Source: Lingula anatina (Eukaryota > Animalia > Brachiopoda). Taken from it: DNA of 64,000 bases. This document shows positions 1 through 13,036 of this stretch, in pieces. The translations under genes and the position numbers were made by a program. The notes beneath the pieces were generated by a model. The model made no database searches. It was not told the DNA's origin and worked only from the letters and a program-made list of their open reading frames with translations. Location of the stretch: the NCBI GenBank assembly GCA_051362555.1, contig CM120640.1, positions 60,304,788-60,368,787 on the forward strand. The letters are read 5' to 3'. Numbering within the stretch: the stretch's first letter is position 1; each line of letters starts with the position of its first letter.

Positions 1-138
1 CACGTGGTCCAATGGCAAGCACAGATTTCAGAATAATTGCGATAAACGCCGTTTTGGTGGTAAAATGATATTTATTATATTTGTTTACAATGATTTATTG
101 TGGAATTTTGAATTTCATGTGGAGAGTTGTTATATCGT
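1..138 (+). mobile_element. Diverged right-hand part of the TTAA-flanked (Kolobok-like) MITE family, truncated by the window start
   Basis: cacgtggtc...cagaataa...tggtggtaaaa...tattatattt...gagagttgttat is colinear with the right half of the copies at 26557-26897 and 42463-42799, but clearly more diverged. Confidence 0.55.
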
Positions 139-244
139 TGACTTGATTGATTTGCTTTTCTTCAGATGTAGGCCTACATGTAATAATTCTGTTTTAATAT
201 AAGTGATTTTTTTAACGTTATATAAAGAATCTAATGGTCAGTAA

Positions 245-482
245 AGCCTAGGTCCCAATCGAACGTACGGGCTGCTACGTGTGGTCTACGGCCGAAAAAA
301 AGGGGAAAACGTGGGAGTTCGTGCGTGAGGAGCACGTCCATCGTGCGACATTTGGAGGATGCAAAGAGCACATAGAAACTTTTCGACATGATCAACAGCC
401 GTTACGTGCGATCTAGCTACGTCCTAGCCGGACGCAAGGAACCTAAAAATCGTGCGTCCAAAACGCAGTTGGGACCTAGGCT
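245..482. mobile_element. PIF/Harbinger-type MITE
   Basis: Perfect 14-bp TIR agcctaggtcccaa (245-258) / ttgggacctaggct (469-482), flanked by TAA on both sides (242-244, 483-485). CpG-rich interior, no ORF. Confidence 0.85.
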
Positions 483-3000
483 TAAGTGATCTTGGGATTT
501 TACCCTTTACGTGAAAACAGATATAGAAGAGGTTAGTTCAAGTGTATAGGCCTATGTGACGCTTCTCAAATAAAATAAATAAAAAAGAAGAAGAAAAAAA
601 CGAGGTCCCACCCTCATGTTTGGTACGCTGTTTGAACTGCGTTACAATTTTAATGGACATTTTTGTCGATTCTTGTAGTTTTATTATCACGCACTTGGAT
701 TACTTTTTAATTAGCAAGTGATAATCTGTTTGGAAAGTGTTTCTTATCTTTGATAGGGCCTACATGTATAACATCTACACTCCTCTTTTCACACTGTTCC
801 AAGAAGAATTATAACCAAAAGAGCATGGCTTGTTTACCGAAACTTGTTGAAGTGAGGATGGCTTTTAATTTAAGCAAGGAGTTTCAACAGTTTCTGTTGT
901 AACTCCTTGATTTAAGAGGACACAAATTTGTTTGTCTCATGTGTGTGCTTTATTTCCTTTACTCTTAATAAATGTATGTTCAATTTGTGAAGAGTATTGT
1001 ATTGTTTATTTTTGGGGAAAGGGAAATGCTTTCCTGGCGTCAATTGCTGATTTTGAAATTCATTGCAGTCAGTAGGTGGTAGTTTATATCCAGGTATTCT
1101 CGCCCTTCATCATCGTAAAAGTTCGGCAACTTTACCGCTGCCGCCAGAAGGCACTGTTTTCCCCTGGAGTATTTTCTATTTGCTATAATTCCATCAGAAT
1201 AAAAACACCCAATGTTTTTGAAGAATCTGTTTCATATGTTGTACACTAATACCAATGTAAGTTTTATAAATTAGTTCAACCTGTAACCATCAAAAGGTGT
1301 GTTCCTCTGTTGGGTAAAAAGTTGCCAACGCACCTGCTCACATGTTGCCTAACTATGAGATGCGAGGTGTGTGACCTCTTGTGTAAACACACTCGACCGC
1401 CTGAGCTTGGCAACAAACAACAAACTTCGGGAGAGCGTGGATATAGACACTACACAATGTTTCGGTGTATAATAACAAATTAGCATTGTTTCTTCAGATT
1501 TTGTAAAAGAAAGGGAATTTTGTCTGGAAACGGATAGAATACCGAAAATTTAAAAGAAGTCCAACCTAGAGCTAAGGGACAAGGATATTTAAAGTAAGTG
1601 AAGAGAAGATAAAATTTCAAGCACATTTCGCCGGCTATATTAGACTATATATAATGTCATGGTATATGGCATTAGCAAATATATTATATTATATTTAGGC
1701 AAATAGTGGCAAATAATTGACTTGTTTTCTATGGCGGTATATTTGTAAGAAGTACACGGTAAAAAGAGAAAAAATTACCCTATATTTTGAAGTCTGTAGA
1801 GATGGTGCCACATGACAAGAACAGAAATTCAGTTTCAATTAATGTATATTTTGATACCTGGTGCAGTTAAACATACAGTATTTCAGTATGTGACACAACA
1901 TGATTTAGTGTGTAGAAGATTAGCTTCACTAATCATTCATATAATACATTGTATTACTGCCTCATACCTTTCCTGTCTTAGTGTGTGTTTTTAGCAATTG
2001 AATTGTGTAAAATAATAATTCAGACTTACCATATAGCAGGTGCTATATCAGGAATATTATATATATTAAATCATGGTTACATGCTTAGTTAAAATGCTGC
2101 TAGGTTTCCGCAAACATTTTAAGAATCCTCTGCACCAAACCCAAATTAGTGGTACATTGTGATAGCACCACAAGTGATCAGTAGGCTAATTGACAATGCA
2201 TAATAACAATACTTACGTACACAGGACAATGTGATGTTACAAATCAACAAAATGTTAGCAGTGTCATTTAAAAAAACTAGACTTGAATATTGGACAATAT
2301 GTAAAGTTTTGTTTGGAGGTAATAGAAATTCCACCACTGCAATCACTGATTGCCATTAAGCATGGATCAGTCAGCTATACGAGTAAGCAGAACAATTTAT
2401 ATCAGTTATTTTGACACTTTTATTTTTGGTGAATGAAAAGGCCTAATGTCCAACTTTTAGCACATTGTGCTGGTACAAAGGGAACCTGATAAGATATAAA
2501 ACAGCATATTTCTACCTCAGGATCTATCAAAATTAATTAATCTATAAATTCTTAAGTTCTTTCAAGAAAATATAAGAACTTTCTAAGCAATCCTTACTAC
2601 TTGCAGGTGTCCTTAATTTAATAATCAGAATATCCTAGCCTTTTTAAAGTAAGTTGTTTTTTATCACATTTAAGTGCCGAAGCTCTTTTGATATTGCCAA
2701 GAATCAGTGTGGTGTGATTATTTTACGGTGACATATTTTAAAACTAGGATCCAAAATAAGATCCTAGTTTAAAAGAAAAACTATTATTCAATTGTGCGAC
2801 TGTGCTAAAATAATGAAACAGCCTTTGGAATTTTGCACTGGGAAATGATAACCAAAAAGAAACCTTAAGCCAGACTGGCAGTATTATTTTCACAACATGA
2901 ATATCATGATTTAGGATAAATTGTATAAAGTTCTTCTACCAGGTATAATTTGAACTAAGTCCCATCTATCCCTCAAATAAAATGTAAACTCAGTTTTGAG

Positions 3001-3002
<2 letters not shown>

Positions 3003-3046
<44 letters not shown>
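3003..3046. repeat. (AT)n microsatellite
   Basis: Uninterrupted AT dinucleotide run. Confidence 0.95.
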
Positions 3047-3050
<4 letters not shown>

Positions 3051-4038
3051 GGAGAACATGTTTGTCTAATTTCCATTAAGTAAATCTGAAATGCTTCCAT
3101 TCCATCTCAGCTATATTGACACTATTGATGAATTTACATATTTGCATTATTGAACAGTGTAGATTTCCAATAAGAAAAATATATTTCACAACTTTGAACA
3201 AAAATCGATAAAAAATTTGTTTTGTAAAGTCCTGATAAATTAAACACATTTCAAAGTAGAATAGCTAACACAAACAGTATTAACAGTTGATAAAACATAC
3301 CAAATCAGATTCTCTGCTTTCTGATTGACTAAGTAACCCCACCTCACCCCACCCTATGCAAACACACTTTCTTTCAATAAATGCCCTTAAAGAACCAAAG
3401 ATTTCATGGAAGATCAGTTTTTATGTCCTCTCCCCCCCCCTCTTCTTGATACGGTACTTTCATACTGCTGATAAGGTTTATCAGCATTAAAAAGCAGTTT
3501 TGTTACAGTACTTATATGACACTGGCATCTCCAGGCAAATAAAAAAATGCTAATCATTAAAAGAATGTTTGTAAAGGGACTTGGGGTAAAACTTGATAAG
3601 ATTTAGAAAGAAAAGATTACGTATGCAGTTATGAAAAAGGGAAACACACATGCACACATCCTCCCTTACCTTTATTTCAGTGAATTCATTGACACAGCCA
3701 CATGCTTGTGTTAGTTTCCATAATGAGATGAAATGTCTTATCAATAATGTATTGGGCAGCTTATTCTCTAGGCTTGTTAGGGTCATGAGGTGACTTGAGA
3801 GGAGTTTGATGTGTGTGCTTAGTCAGATGATATTAGCTGTCTTGGAGGTAGAGGCTTATATTAAGCCAGTCCAGGTACCAGATAACAGGTGTGCTTAGTA
3901 TCATTCACCAACAGTACATCCTTGCAGCTGGTTGAGACTGCTCAGTGAACACTGTTAACACTGGCATAAGTTCTCAAGACAACCAACTTTTGTTTTCTTT
4001 AAATGTGTGTTTGTAGCTAATTAAGACATGTCTCTAAT

Positions 4039-7000
4039 ATGGCTGATCAACAGACAAAGAAAGTAAGGTAGGACTTTGTTTCCTTTATTGTTTATTATTA
4101 TTTATTTATTTATTGGTTGATAAATAGATAAATGAATTTATTTATGTTTTTTAATGATCAGTAGGTAGAATTGAACTTTTTGTGACTGTACAGAAAAATA
4201 ATTTTCATCATAAAAAAAAAATTGTCACTAATGTAAAGACTTGAAAGAATTTTCAGATTCTAGTGTTTGTGATAAAGATCTAGTTTCTCCATTCTTGTGA
4301 TTAATGATAACACACTTGCTAATATTTTGTTCTATACAAAATGTGTTTTTAAAAGATTTCAGTGGCCTCACTCATTTTAAACTGATGTTCTGCAAAAGTC
4401 CTGTTTGTTTGCTGTATCTAAGGCACAGATAATATCTATGGGGAGTCTATATAACTTGTAGTATTACAGGTCAAAGCTTTAATTTTGGAAGTACATGTAG
4501 ATCAATAAAGCATTTTAGGATTGTAACTTATGTGTGCTACAGACAAATAATCTTATCTTTGTAGTGGCTTTTTTTTTGCATATATGAGTTGTTGGGGTAT
4601 TAAGTTCCTCCTTGGCTTGTAGTCTGAAGTTTTGTTGATCTGCAATTTCAGATTTTCTCCCAGGTGTGCTGATGATGCGTCCAATGATAGAGACAGTGTC
4701 GTACCTCTGAAATCTATTTTGCGTGATCAACAGAAATCAAGCAGAAACTACAAGCCATTGCCATCACATTCACAACTGCCAGAGAAAAAGAAACAGATAG
4801 CAAATTTTATAGCTCATAAAAAAGAAAAGAGATTAACTTCAGAGGACAAGGACAGAACAGAACGTGAAAATCAGGAGCTAGAAACTGAACATATTAATTC
4901 AGAAAGCAGCAAAGACAAAGTTAAAAAACAGTCATTCAGAGGGACCACTAGTTCATCCATTGATAGATCTGGCAACAGTAAATCTTCCTCAGGTACAAGT
5001 ACTGACTCCAAGATGAGTGGGTTTATAATGGACTTCAATACCATGTCTCGCATGCATGAGAAACAAGAACTGCAGAACATAAATGATCGCTTTTCCAATT
5101 ATGTCCAGATGGTCCGAAGCATCCGTGATCAAAGCTCCCAAGTGGAGTCAACTGCCTTTCTGTCTTCAGTACAGGTGCTGGAAGAAGAGGTCACCAAACT
5201 CAAGCATATGTATGAACATGAACTGGAAAAGCTCAGGTATTATCCTTTTTTTCAGTGGAAAAAGTGTATATTTTGGATTTTTGTTTAGTTTCTAGTATTA
5301 AACTGTGCTTTGTAGTAATTCGGTGTAGCTACTATTCCAGAATCTCCCCATATCATCACGCAATATAATGGGAAATCAATAGTGGTTTCACCAGCTAACT
5401 TGATTATGCATTCATGATCAATAATTTGATGAGTATAAATGAACATGCAGGAAGCATCTAATCTTTGATGGAGAAATCCGATAAATAAAAAAAAAAACAA
5501 TTGTAAGCTTTTGCATGCACACGTAGTCATATACAGAGGCTTAATCTTTTAACTGAAAGCCTGCAAATTCACTTTTGTAGTCTTCAGAATTGGACTGCAG
5601 GATTTAAAGTGTTATTCTTTGAAACCTTTCTAATATAATAATCATCTAAAGGAAGAAATGAATTAGTAAATTTTCTTTTCAATTTATTCATGAATAAAAC
5701 TGTTTTTAAAAAGAATTTGACAAATACATAAATCTGCACACCTGTGCCAGATGATAATGATAAATTAATAAATTAATAAAATTGAACTTTTTCTTTATTA
5801 TCATAGGAGACACCTGGATGATGTGAACCATGAGAAGAGCCACTTCCAGGTGCAGAGTGTTAAGAATGAGAGTGTAGCTTCACAGCTTCAGGACCAGCTT
5901 CACCAGGAGACAGACAAGAACAAGAGCATGTTTGACCAGATGAATGTTCTGCACAGGACCATAGCGCAAAAAGAGCATGAGCTCCATGAGGCCAAGATGG
6001 CCCTACAAAGACCTTTGGGAGACCTGGAGCAATTACAGAGGGACTATATGAATGTACTCAGAGAAAACCAGGATATAAAAAGAAGGTAAGGCATTGTCTA
6101 TATTGGTATTTTTACATTGGACCCATCATACACATGTAAATATACATGCATAGTATATATGGTATATAAGTTTTGACTATAAGTAGTATCATTGAAATAA
6201 ATACTAATTGCTTGAAATAGTAAACTCAATCACATATTTGTTAATCATGTTTTATTGTATTTTGCAATTATATTTTAATTTCTTTTAAGATATGAGAGGG
6301 AGACAATCAACAGACAGGAGGCAGAAGAGAAGATTCACACACTTCAGAGTAAAATGGATTTTCAGCAACAGGTGTCAGCTCAGGAGATGGAGGATATCAG
6401 GATGAGGCTGGAGAGCTCTGCTAACACTATTCTTCATCTTGAATCTAAGGTGAGAGAGACAGGAAAGACGGACAACAATCTTGTGGAAATGTTACAGAAA
6501 GTGAGAGAGACAGCACAGGCCGAGTTAGACAGATACAAGATGGAGTCTGAAGAGAACTTTAGCAGAAGTGTGAGTACATAAAACTTTTCTATCACACAAT
6601 TGTATTTACTGTAAGAATATTACCATACTGTTTGAAATTAACTGAATACTATTGTTTTATTTACATGTACATGTTCTCACTGTTCTGCATGGTTTCTGAA
6701 TTTAAACTGGTAGCTGCATGGCAAAGTTTTTTAAAATCTGTTTTGATGGCAAATAAAATTTAAGAGTTACATGTTATTTCAGCATTAAATGTACATTGTC
6801 TTTGTTTCAGATTACTGCCTTGAAGGCACAAATGGACATTGACAGCCGAAACACAGAGACCATCTCAGCGGAAAACAGGAGAATGCACAGTGAAGTGGAT
6901 GAGCTGACTTCCAAGATTAGAAATCTTAGAGGACAGGTAATTTGACAGATTTTTACTTTATGGAATTGACCTACAGATAAAAAGAAAAGAAATTTTATGG

Positions 7001-10000
7001 AATGATCAGATGAAAAAAATATATCCTAGTAACGCTTAAGAGTAATGTGCATGGGAAAAATTCTGTATTAAGTACCTGGTACACTCACTGCTGTATGTGT
7101 AGGAGGTTTAGTGGTTCTTGAACTACACCAATTATAACGATGAGTATTTTGTGTACACAAGGTAAAATTGCATTCTTTATCTTTCAGCTCTGTTATATTA
7201 ATATAAAGAAGCCTTTATTTTAATAATCTTCTTATGTTTTGTAACATTTATGTAAATATTCAAATCTTCAAGAAAGTCCCAAAACATCCATACTTAAAAT
7301 GTTTTTTAAATTTACTCCAATTTGTGCATTAAAAAAATTTGCCTCCCCAAATGTAATTCTATTTGTCAAATCAAAATTGCAGATAGAAACATTGGAAACT
7401 CAAAAGAAGAACTTAGAGGATGTTTTGGATCAAGAGCGCCATCGTTCTGCAGACCACATCCAAAGATTGGAGAAAAAGCTGCGGGAGCTAAATGACCTTC
7501 TCTTTCAAAAGATGAGGGAGGCCAATGCTGCCAAAGATGCACAGGTTCCATTAAAAGCAGAAATAGAGGCATTCAAGACTCTGTTAGAAGAAGAGGAGAA
7601 AAGGTAAACACTTATTTTATGTGTAGGAAAGAATATTGGACATTTTCATTAGATATCTTGCATTCAGAAATTAAAACTATATCTCCAGTCAAGGAGGTTA
7701 ATCATGTAATTTTTAACTTCAGGTTAAGACTCCCGCTTAGAATGACATCCAGTAGGACACTTCTGCCTCCAGTAATTCCTCCTCCTTCTATCCCCACCCC
7801 TCCTGCCCCTATCCCCACCCCTCCTGTCCCTAGTTACACCCCTCCCGTTTATAGTCAAACCCCTCCTCCTCCTCTTATCCATTCCCCTCGTCCTCCCAGT
7901 GCCACCAGCAGGCAGTTCATTACCACCAGCACCGACTTTGATGCCTCCTCAACACAGATGTTGAAAACCAGTGGAGACTTCAGGACAAGTACTACCCAAG
8001 TTAAACAGCCCAGCCCACCTCCCTCCCCCAATGTTCAGAGAGTGGACCTAGACCTCACAGAACCAGGGGAGGAACTGCTGGATACTTGCACCACCCCTGC
8101 AGTATTTGATTCCAGCAACCCAGTCACATCCATGCCAGAGACCTATGTGCCAGAGATGTCCATCCCAGCACCACCAGTTATGCCAGAAGGCACCATGCCC
8201 ATGCCCATACTGGGGCCTGTTGAGGGGCCAGTGAGTTCATCTGCAAGAGTTCAGTCAGCACCTGGTAAGTAAACATTCTGATCATGTGTTTTTTTTTCTA
8301 GAATTTTTTTTGACCAATTAAACATTAAGTGTTTTGAGTTATGAATTTCAGTTTATATATTAATTGAAAAACATGTCAAGAAAATGAATAAACACAATTG
8401 CATCAAAAAGGAGATATTAAATTGTTATCTTCCAATTAAAAGTATTCTTTCTCCTAGTCATTGCATTGACAATGTTGGTATAATATTTCAAAATATTAGT
8501 GAAAAATTATATGTCTGGTGATTTATTTTAAATAAACAAATTCATATTTTTAATTCACAACCAATTTAAGTGAAAAAAAATTGCTTGTCCAGATGTCATA
8601 CATTTAAAAAAAATATTTTTATTATTATGTAACTCGGAGAAACAGGTTATGTGTAACTTTTGCTAAAGGTCATAATATATTTCCATTGTTGAAATTCCAT
8701 TGTGTTGGGGAACACATGGGTTCTAAGGGAAAATATTGTCTGGAATAACAAAAACCTAAATGTTTTCAAACTCATTGCAAAGTTAGATGGTATTGTGTGA
8801 ATGGAATTGGCCCCATGAGATTTCTCCTTTCAGCGTGTAAAATATGAGCTTAAAGTATCCACCCTAAATAGAAAGTAATCCATGAAACCAAAGCATTTGT
8901 TTATAGTTAGCCCCATTTGATTCATAAACAGCTGCTTTATTACTTGAGTAATCATACAGTGTTAATGCTGGTATTGTTATAGGAAATCATAGCGAACTAA
9001 AGGTAAGCATTATGTATTACCCATGTCTCTGGCCATGCAGCCAATATATTTACAACCGGAATATGTACAGTCAAATATTGCTATTATGAATACATGGTGT
9101 GGGTCCAGGAGGGTTGAAAGGTATGTCTAAAAGGCATACACCAAGCAAAAGTTGATATTTGGATCAATTGTATTGAATGTCAACACAGGCCTTGGATACC
9201 AGTATATCAGAACAATACAAATATAAAGATCGCTTGTACAAAGAGAGGAAAGAATGGTCTGTTCTCTGTGTTAAAGACTTGCTCTTTATCAAAACTGAAT
9301 ATAATAATGAAATTTCAAGGTAGAAGATGTTATTCAGCATATGGTAAGTCATACACTAGCAACCAGTTGCAGGATAGATACATACAAGCCAGACAGGGTG
9401 TAGCTTGAACATTCCGTGTGCTGAATATATTAGGATAAGGGTATGGTTTTCAGAATTTTATGAAAAAGCTGAGATTTCACTGAGAGTGAAATATCATTGT
9501 ACTTAAATGTAAAAGTGAGAAACCTGGATAGGTTGCTTTTGAATAGGCAGTTCTTGATATTTCCTTTTGTTCATATTGGTGAAAAAGCCCAACGCTTTAT
9601 TCAGTTTTATTCCAGATACCCCTGTAATTGTTTTTAGATTTAATCTAAGTTTGAATTAATATATGTATATATTTACATGTATTTTTCTTTTTTAAATTTT
9701 TTTCAGCTGGGACAAGGTCCCGTGTCCATGTCGTCCCTACATACCTTGGCCAGGGGAAGGATTATTTTGATGAAATGTTTAATGACTTAAAGAGGACCAC
9801 ATTACAAACCCGCCCCAGAAGCAGCCCAGCAGAGCGTCCACCATACAGTTCAACATTCTATGACTACACCACTTCCTCATGCAGTGCTACAGGGCCACTG
9901 AAGATTCTGGAGGTGAACCAGGAGGGCAAATATGTGCGAATTGTGAACACTTCAGACTCAATGGTGAGGGACTATCCAGGGTTATTGATGAAAGAGTAAC

Positions 10001-12293
10001 TCATTGTATTTTGAAGCTTTGCATTAATTTTAATTTTAAACTGCCATTCCACTTCTTTTCAAGTTTCTAGGCATCAAATATTTTGAGCAGAAATTAATCT
10101 AAATGCCAATCCACTATAACTTGAGAGAGTTGGGATTACTATTTAAATGAGGTAAACACTTTGGTTTCAGGATGAAGAAATAGGTGGCTACATGATACAG
10201 CAGAATGTTGGTGGACACCCTGTAGCAGTGTACAGATTCCCTCCTCGCACTCGACACAAGGCAAGCTCCACATGCACAGTTTACGCAGGTTGTAATGACC
10301 CCATCCTCCACCAGCCACCACAGGCATTTGTATGGAAGGAACAGGAAAGGTGGGGCTCGGGCCCAGAATGTACTACCATACTGTGTAAACCTAATGGGCA
10401 GGTAAGCAGATAATTTGGGGATCAGAATAAAGTTGTTGACAGACTCTCATACAGGTGTTTGTTGCTTGTATTTTTTAATTTTTTATTCTTTAATTTTTAA
10501 CAGACCTCAGTATTTTCTGCCAATTTTATTTTTTATTTCTTTTGACTGAAACATGATCAGTCCATACAGTTTGTTATTTAGGTAGAAATATTGTTATATG
10601 ACAGTGAAGTATATATATATTGCTGAAATAAATTGTTATTAAAGCTGATGTCTTCTCTCCTTAAGGCCATTGCATGGACCACTGCTGCCCACAGGTTCTC
10701 TAAGAATGCCTATGATGATGTTCAGCCAGGCAATGGAGAGTATGCAGGTATTTACAGAGTTCCCAATTTCCATTGAGAATTACTGTTATTATTTTTTTTA
10801 ATCTTACACATCACAGGTTTGTATTGAATTAAAGACCTAGCCCTTTTTGTCTTGTTTATATAAAATTTTTATCAAAGAATATAAATTGTTTGACAAAAGT
10901 ATGAAATAATATCTTTTATAATATTTTAGATTCAGAAGTAGGAAAACCAGCTAATGAACTGACAGATCTGGGCTACAATGTGAATGCAGAGAAGCCAGAG
11001 CCTGTCTTTCTAAGGAGGTATGGACAGTCTTCCAATCAGTCTTTTTTTCTTTTATCCTTTTTAACTACATGTAGTTAAATCAATTTTTAAAAAAATAATG
11101 ATGCTACATGTTGTACTGTTCAATTTTAATATTTTGGCTGTGTTGTTAACATTTGGTAACTACATGTGGACAAAATGCAATTATTTGCATACATTTCCTC
11201 CTCAGAGAGAAGACTTCTCCCCCATTATTGCCCGCTCAGAAGCACCCCCATGGTGATTACACCTTGAACCACACCCATCCCCACCATTGCCAGCCCAGAC
11301 AGCTCACTTATGGCAATGATAACAGCTCTGTGGACAGGCAGTCCAGATCTCAGTCAGCAAGACCTGACCCAATTCCTGGTAAATATTTACATCATGCAAC
11401 ATTCTACAAATATTTTTCTGAATTAGAATTTTTTAATTTTTTATTCCAATAATTTTACATATATATTTATAAACCTAAGTTTTGCATTAATATGGGTTAC
11501 ATGTCTAATTTTCTTTTGTTTTAAAGGTCAACCATATGCTGGTGCATCAGCTCGTAGAATGGGAAGTGCCCCTTTGAGGCGCTACACTCCGCCAAACAGT
11601 GCAACAATCAGGGGTAGTGGAGGAGTAGCCAACAAAGCAGTAAGTTTTATTTTGTTGTCTTTGGTGACAACTATTCCCATTGCATGACAATACATTTGCC
11701 ATTTAATGATTTTTGAATTTCAGTTGTTATATTCAAGTGATATTTGTAGCCATTACTTTTTGAACTCTAGGTTGTTCAACGATGCTGACCCTTGTGTATG
11801 TTGTATGTATAAAAAAACAAAGCTTTAGTTTCTAGAGTAGAGATGAAATTTGTGTCTCAAACTTACTAAAAAAGAAAACACAATTAGCAGTAACAATGCA
11901 CAATTTCTGAGACACAATTTTCATCTTTTTAATAAATTAAACTGAATTGCACAAACAACCAGTGCCTCACTGTATGCAGTTCTTTCATACTTATTTTTTT
12001 GGCAGTTAAATTCTGAAAATCATAACAAACTTTTCACAAATGGATCTGTTGACACATTAATCCTGAATTAGACACTTCCACAAAGTACTACAAATAGAAT
12101 ACAGATGAGAGTATTGAGAACCCATGTGAAGACAAAACCATTGTTGTTACAACTCTGATTCACTCACAAGTGGTTCCCTCTATTTTAGGCAGGCACCATT
12201 AGGTTTGGTCCCCCATCACCTTTCCTCTCTCCACTGCAGCAAGAGTTCACTCAGGCCTACCACAATAGAGAAACTGCACTCCACTACGCTTAA
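4039..12293 (+). CDS. LMNTD1: Intermediate filament / lamin-tail-domain protein (full IF rod + Pro-rich linker + LMNTD1-like LTD), ~1036 aa
   Basis: Exons: 4039-4067, 4652(or 4664)-5236, 5807-6085, 6290-6569, 6811-6936, 7383-7603, 7723-8264, 9707-9963, 10171-10401, 10666-10747, 10930-11017, 11206-11378, 11527-11639, 12189-12293. All are GT-AG and phase-consistent (3111 nt). Coil-1A motif EKQELQNINDRFSNYVQMVR; rod-end motif LKAEIEAFKTLLEEEEKRL; LTD GPLKILEVNQEGKYVRIVN...QQNVGG..YRFP...HQPP.AFVWKEQ...CTTILCKPNGQAIAW. No CaaX. The gene symbol rests on recalled LTD similarity, and the first exon is less certain. Confidence 0.85.
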
Positions 12294-12883
12294 TAGAGGT
12301 GTGGCCCTTGCACAGTTAACACTTATCAAATGTCAACATAATAGTCTCTAAACAAAGAAGTTATAAAAACTATGGAATATTCTGTGCAAATCCAGTTATG
12401 AAAACTGTGTTGAGAACTTGTGATAAATTTTAAAACAGCTGGCATTTACATGGTCACTTCATGTTTTTGGTAGCTCACTACAATTTCGTGTTTGTCATTA
12501 ATTATTGCTATTTCTCTCTCAGTCATAAACCGGCACACTTCACCTTTTATCACTGCACAACTATTTCTTCTTGAGTGTAGCATAAAATTCAGGATTGACA
12601 CATTTGCAATTCTTTTCTCTCTGGTAAAAATAAGTTTTTAATGGATTTAATAATTTGGTTTTTCAGTGCATTGTACATGAAAAACAGGTCATCCTGATAG
12701 TTATAATTATACTTGAAGGAAATGTATAGTCTGCTCTTATTCACAAATAAAGCACTCTGGCGAACTGTTGCAGTGGTGAAAGAAAGGTTGTGGACCAAAC
12801 ACAAGTATATTACTGAAAGGATAATATTAATTTGGTAAAAAGGCAAATATTTTGGTTAATTCTAGATTGCCTATCTGTTCCAG

Positions 12884-13036
12884 ATCACATTAACCCCTGG
12901 AGTCACCAGTCACCCACCAAGTCCATTCCAAACGTCACACAAACGCTTTAATACAGGACTGCAGCAAATACAATCTCAGCACGACTTGGACCATAATCCA
13001 CCAATGCCAAGGCCCCCACTCTTTTCAACTTGGTAG
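12884..13036 (+). CDS. Candidate alternative terminal exon of the IF/LTD gene
   Basis: Acceptor ctgttccag at 12883; phase 0 matches the donor after 11639. Open for 50 codons: ITLTPGVTSHPPSPFQTSHKRFNTGLQQIQSQHDLDHNPPMPRPPLFSTW*. AATAAA at 13594-13599. Confidence 0.65.
   Translation: MTLTPGVTSHPPSPFQTSHKRFNTGLQQIQSQHDLDHNPPMPRPPLFSTW

Noticed and set aside
1812-3786. Short ORFs in the track (1812, 2146, 3550) and similar intronic ORFs elsewhere
   Set aside because: AT-rich chance ORFs without motifs or splice-consistent structure.
4039-12293. Canonical nuclear lamin
   Set aside because: No CaaX at either C-terminus, no evident basic NLS between rod and LTD, and divergent rod-end motifs.
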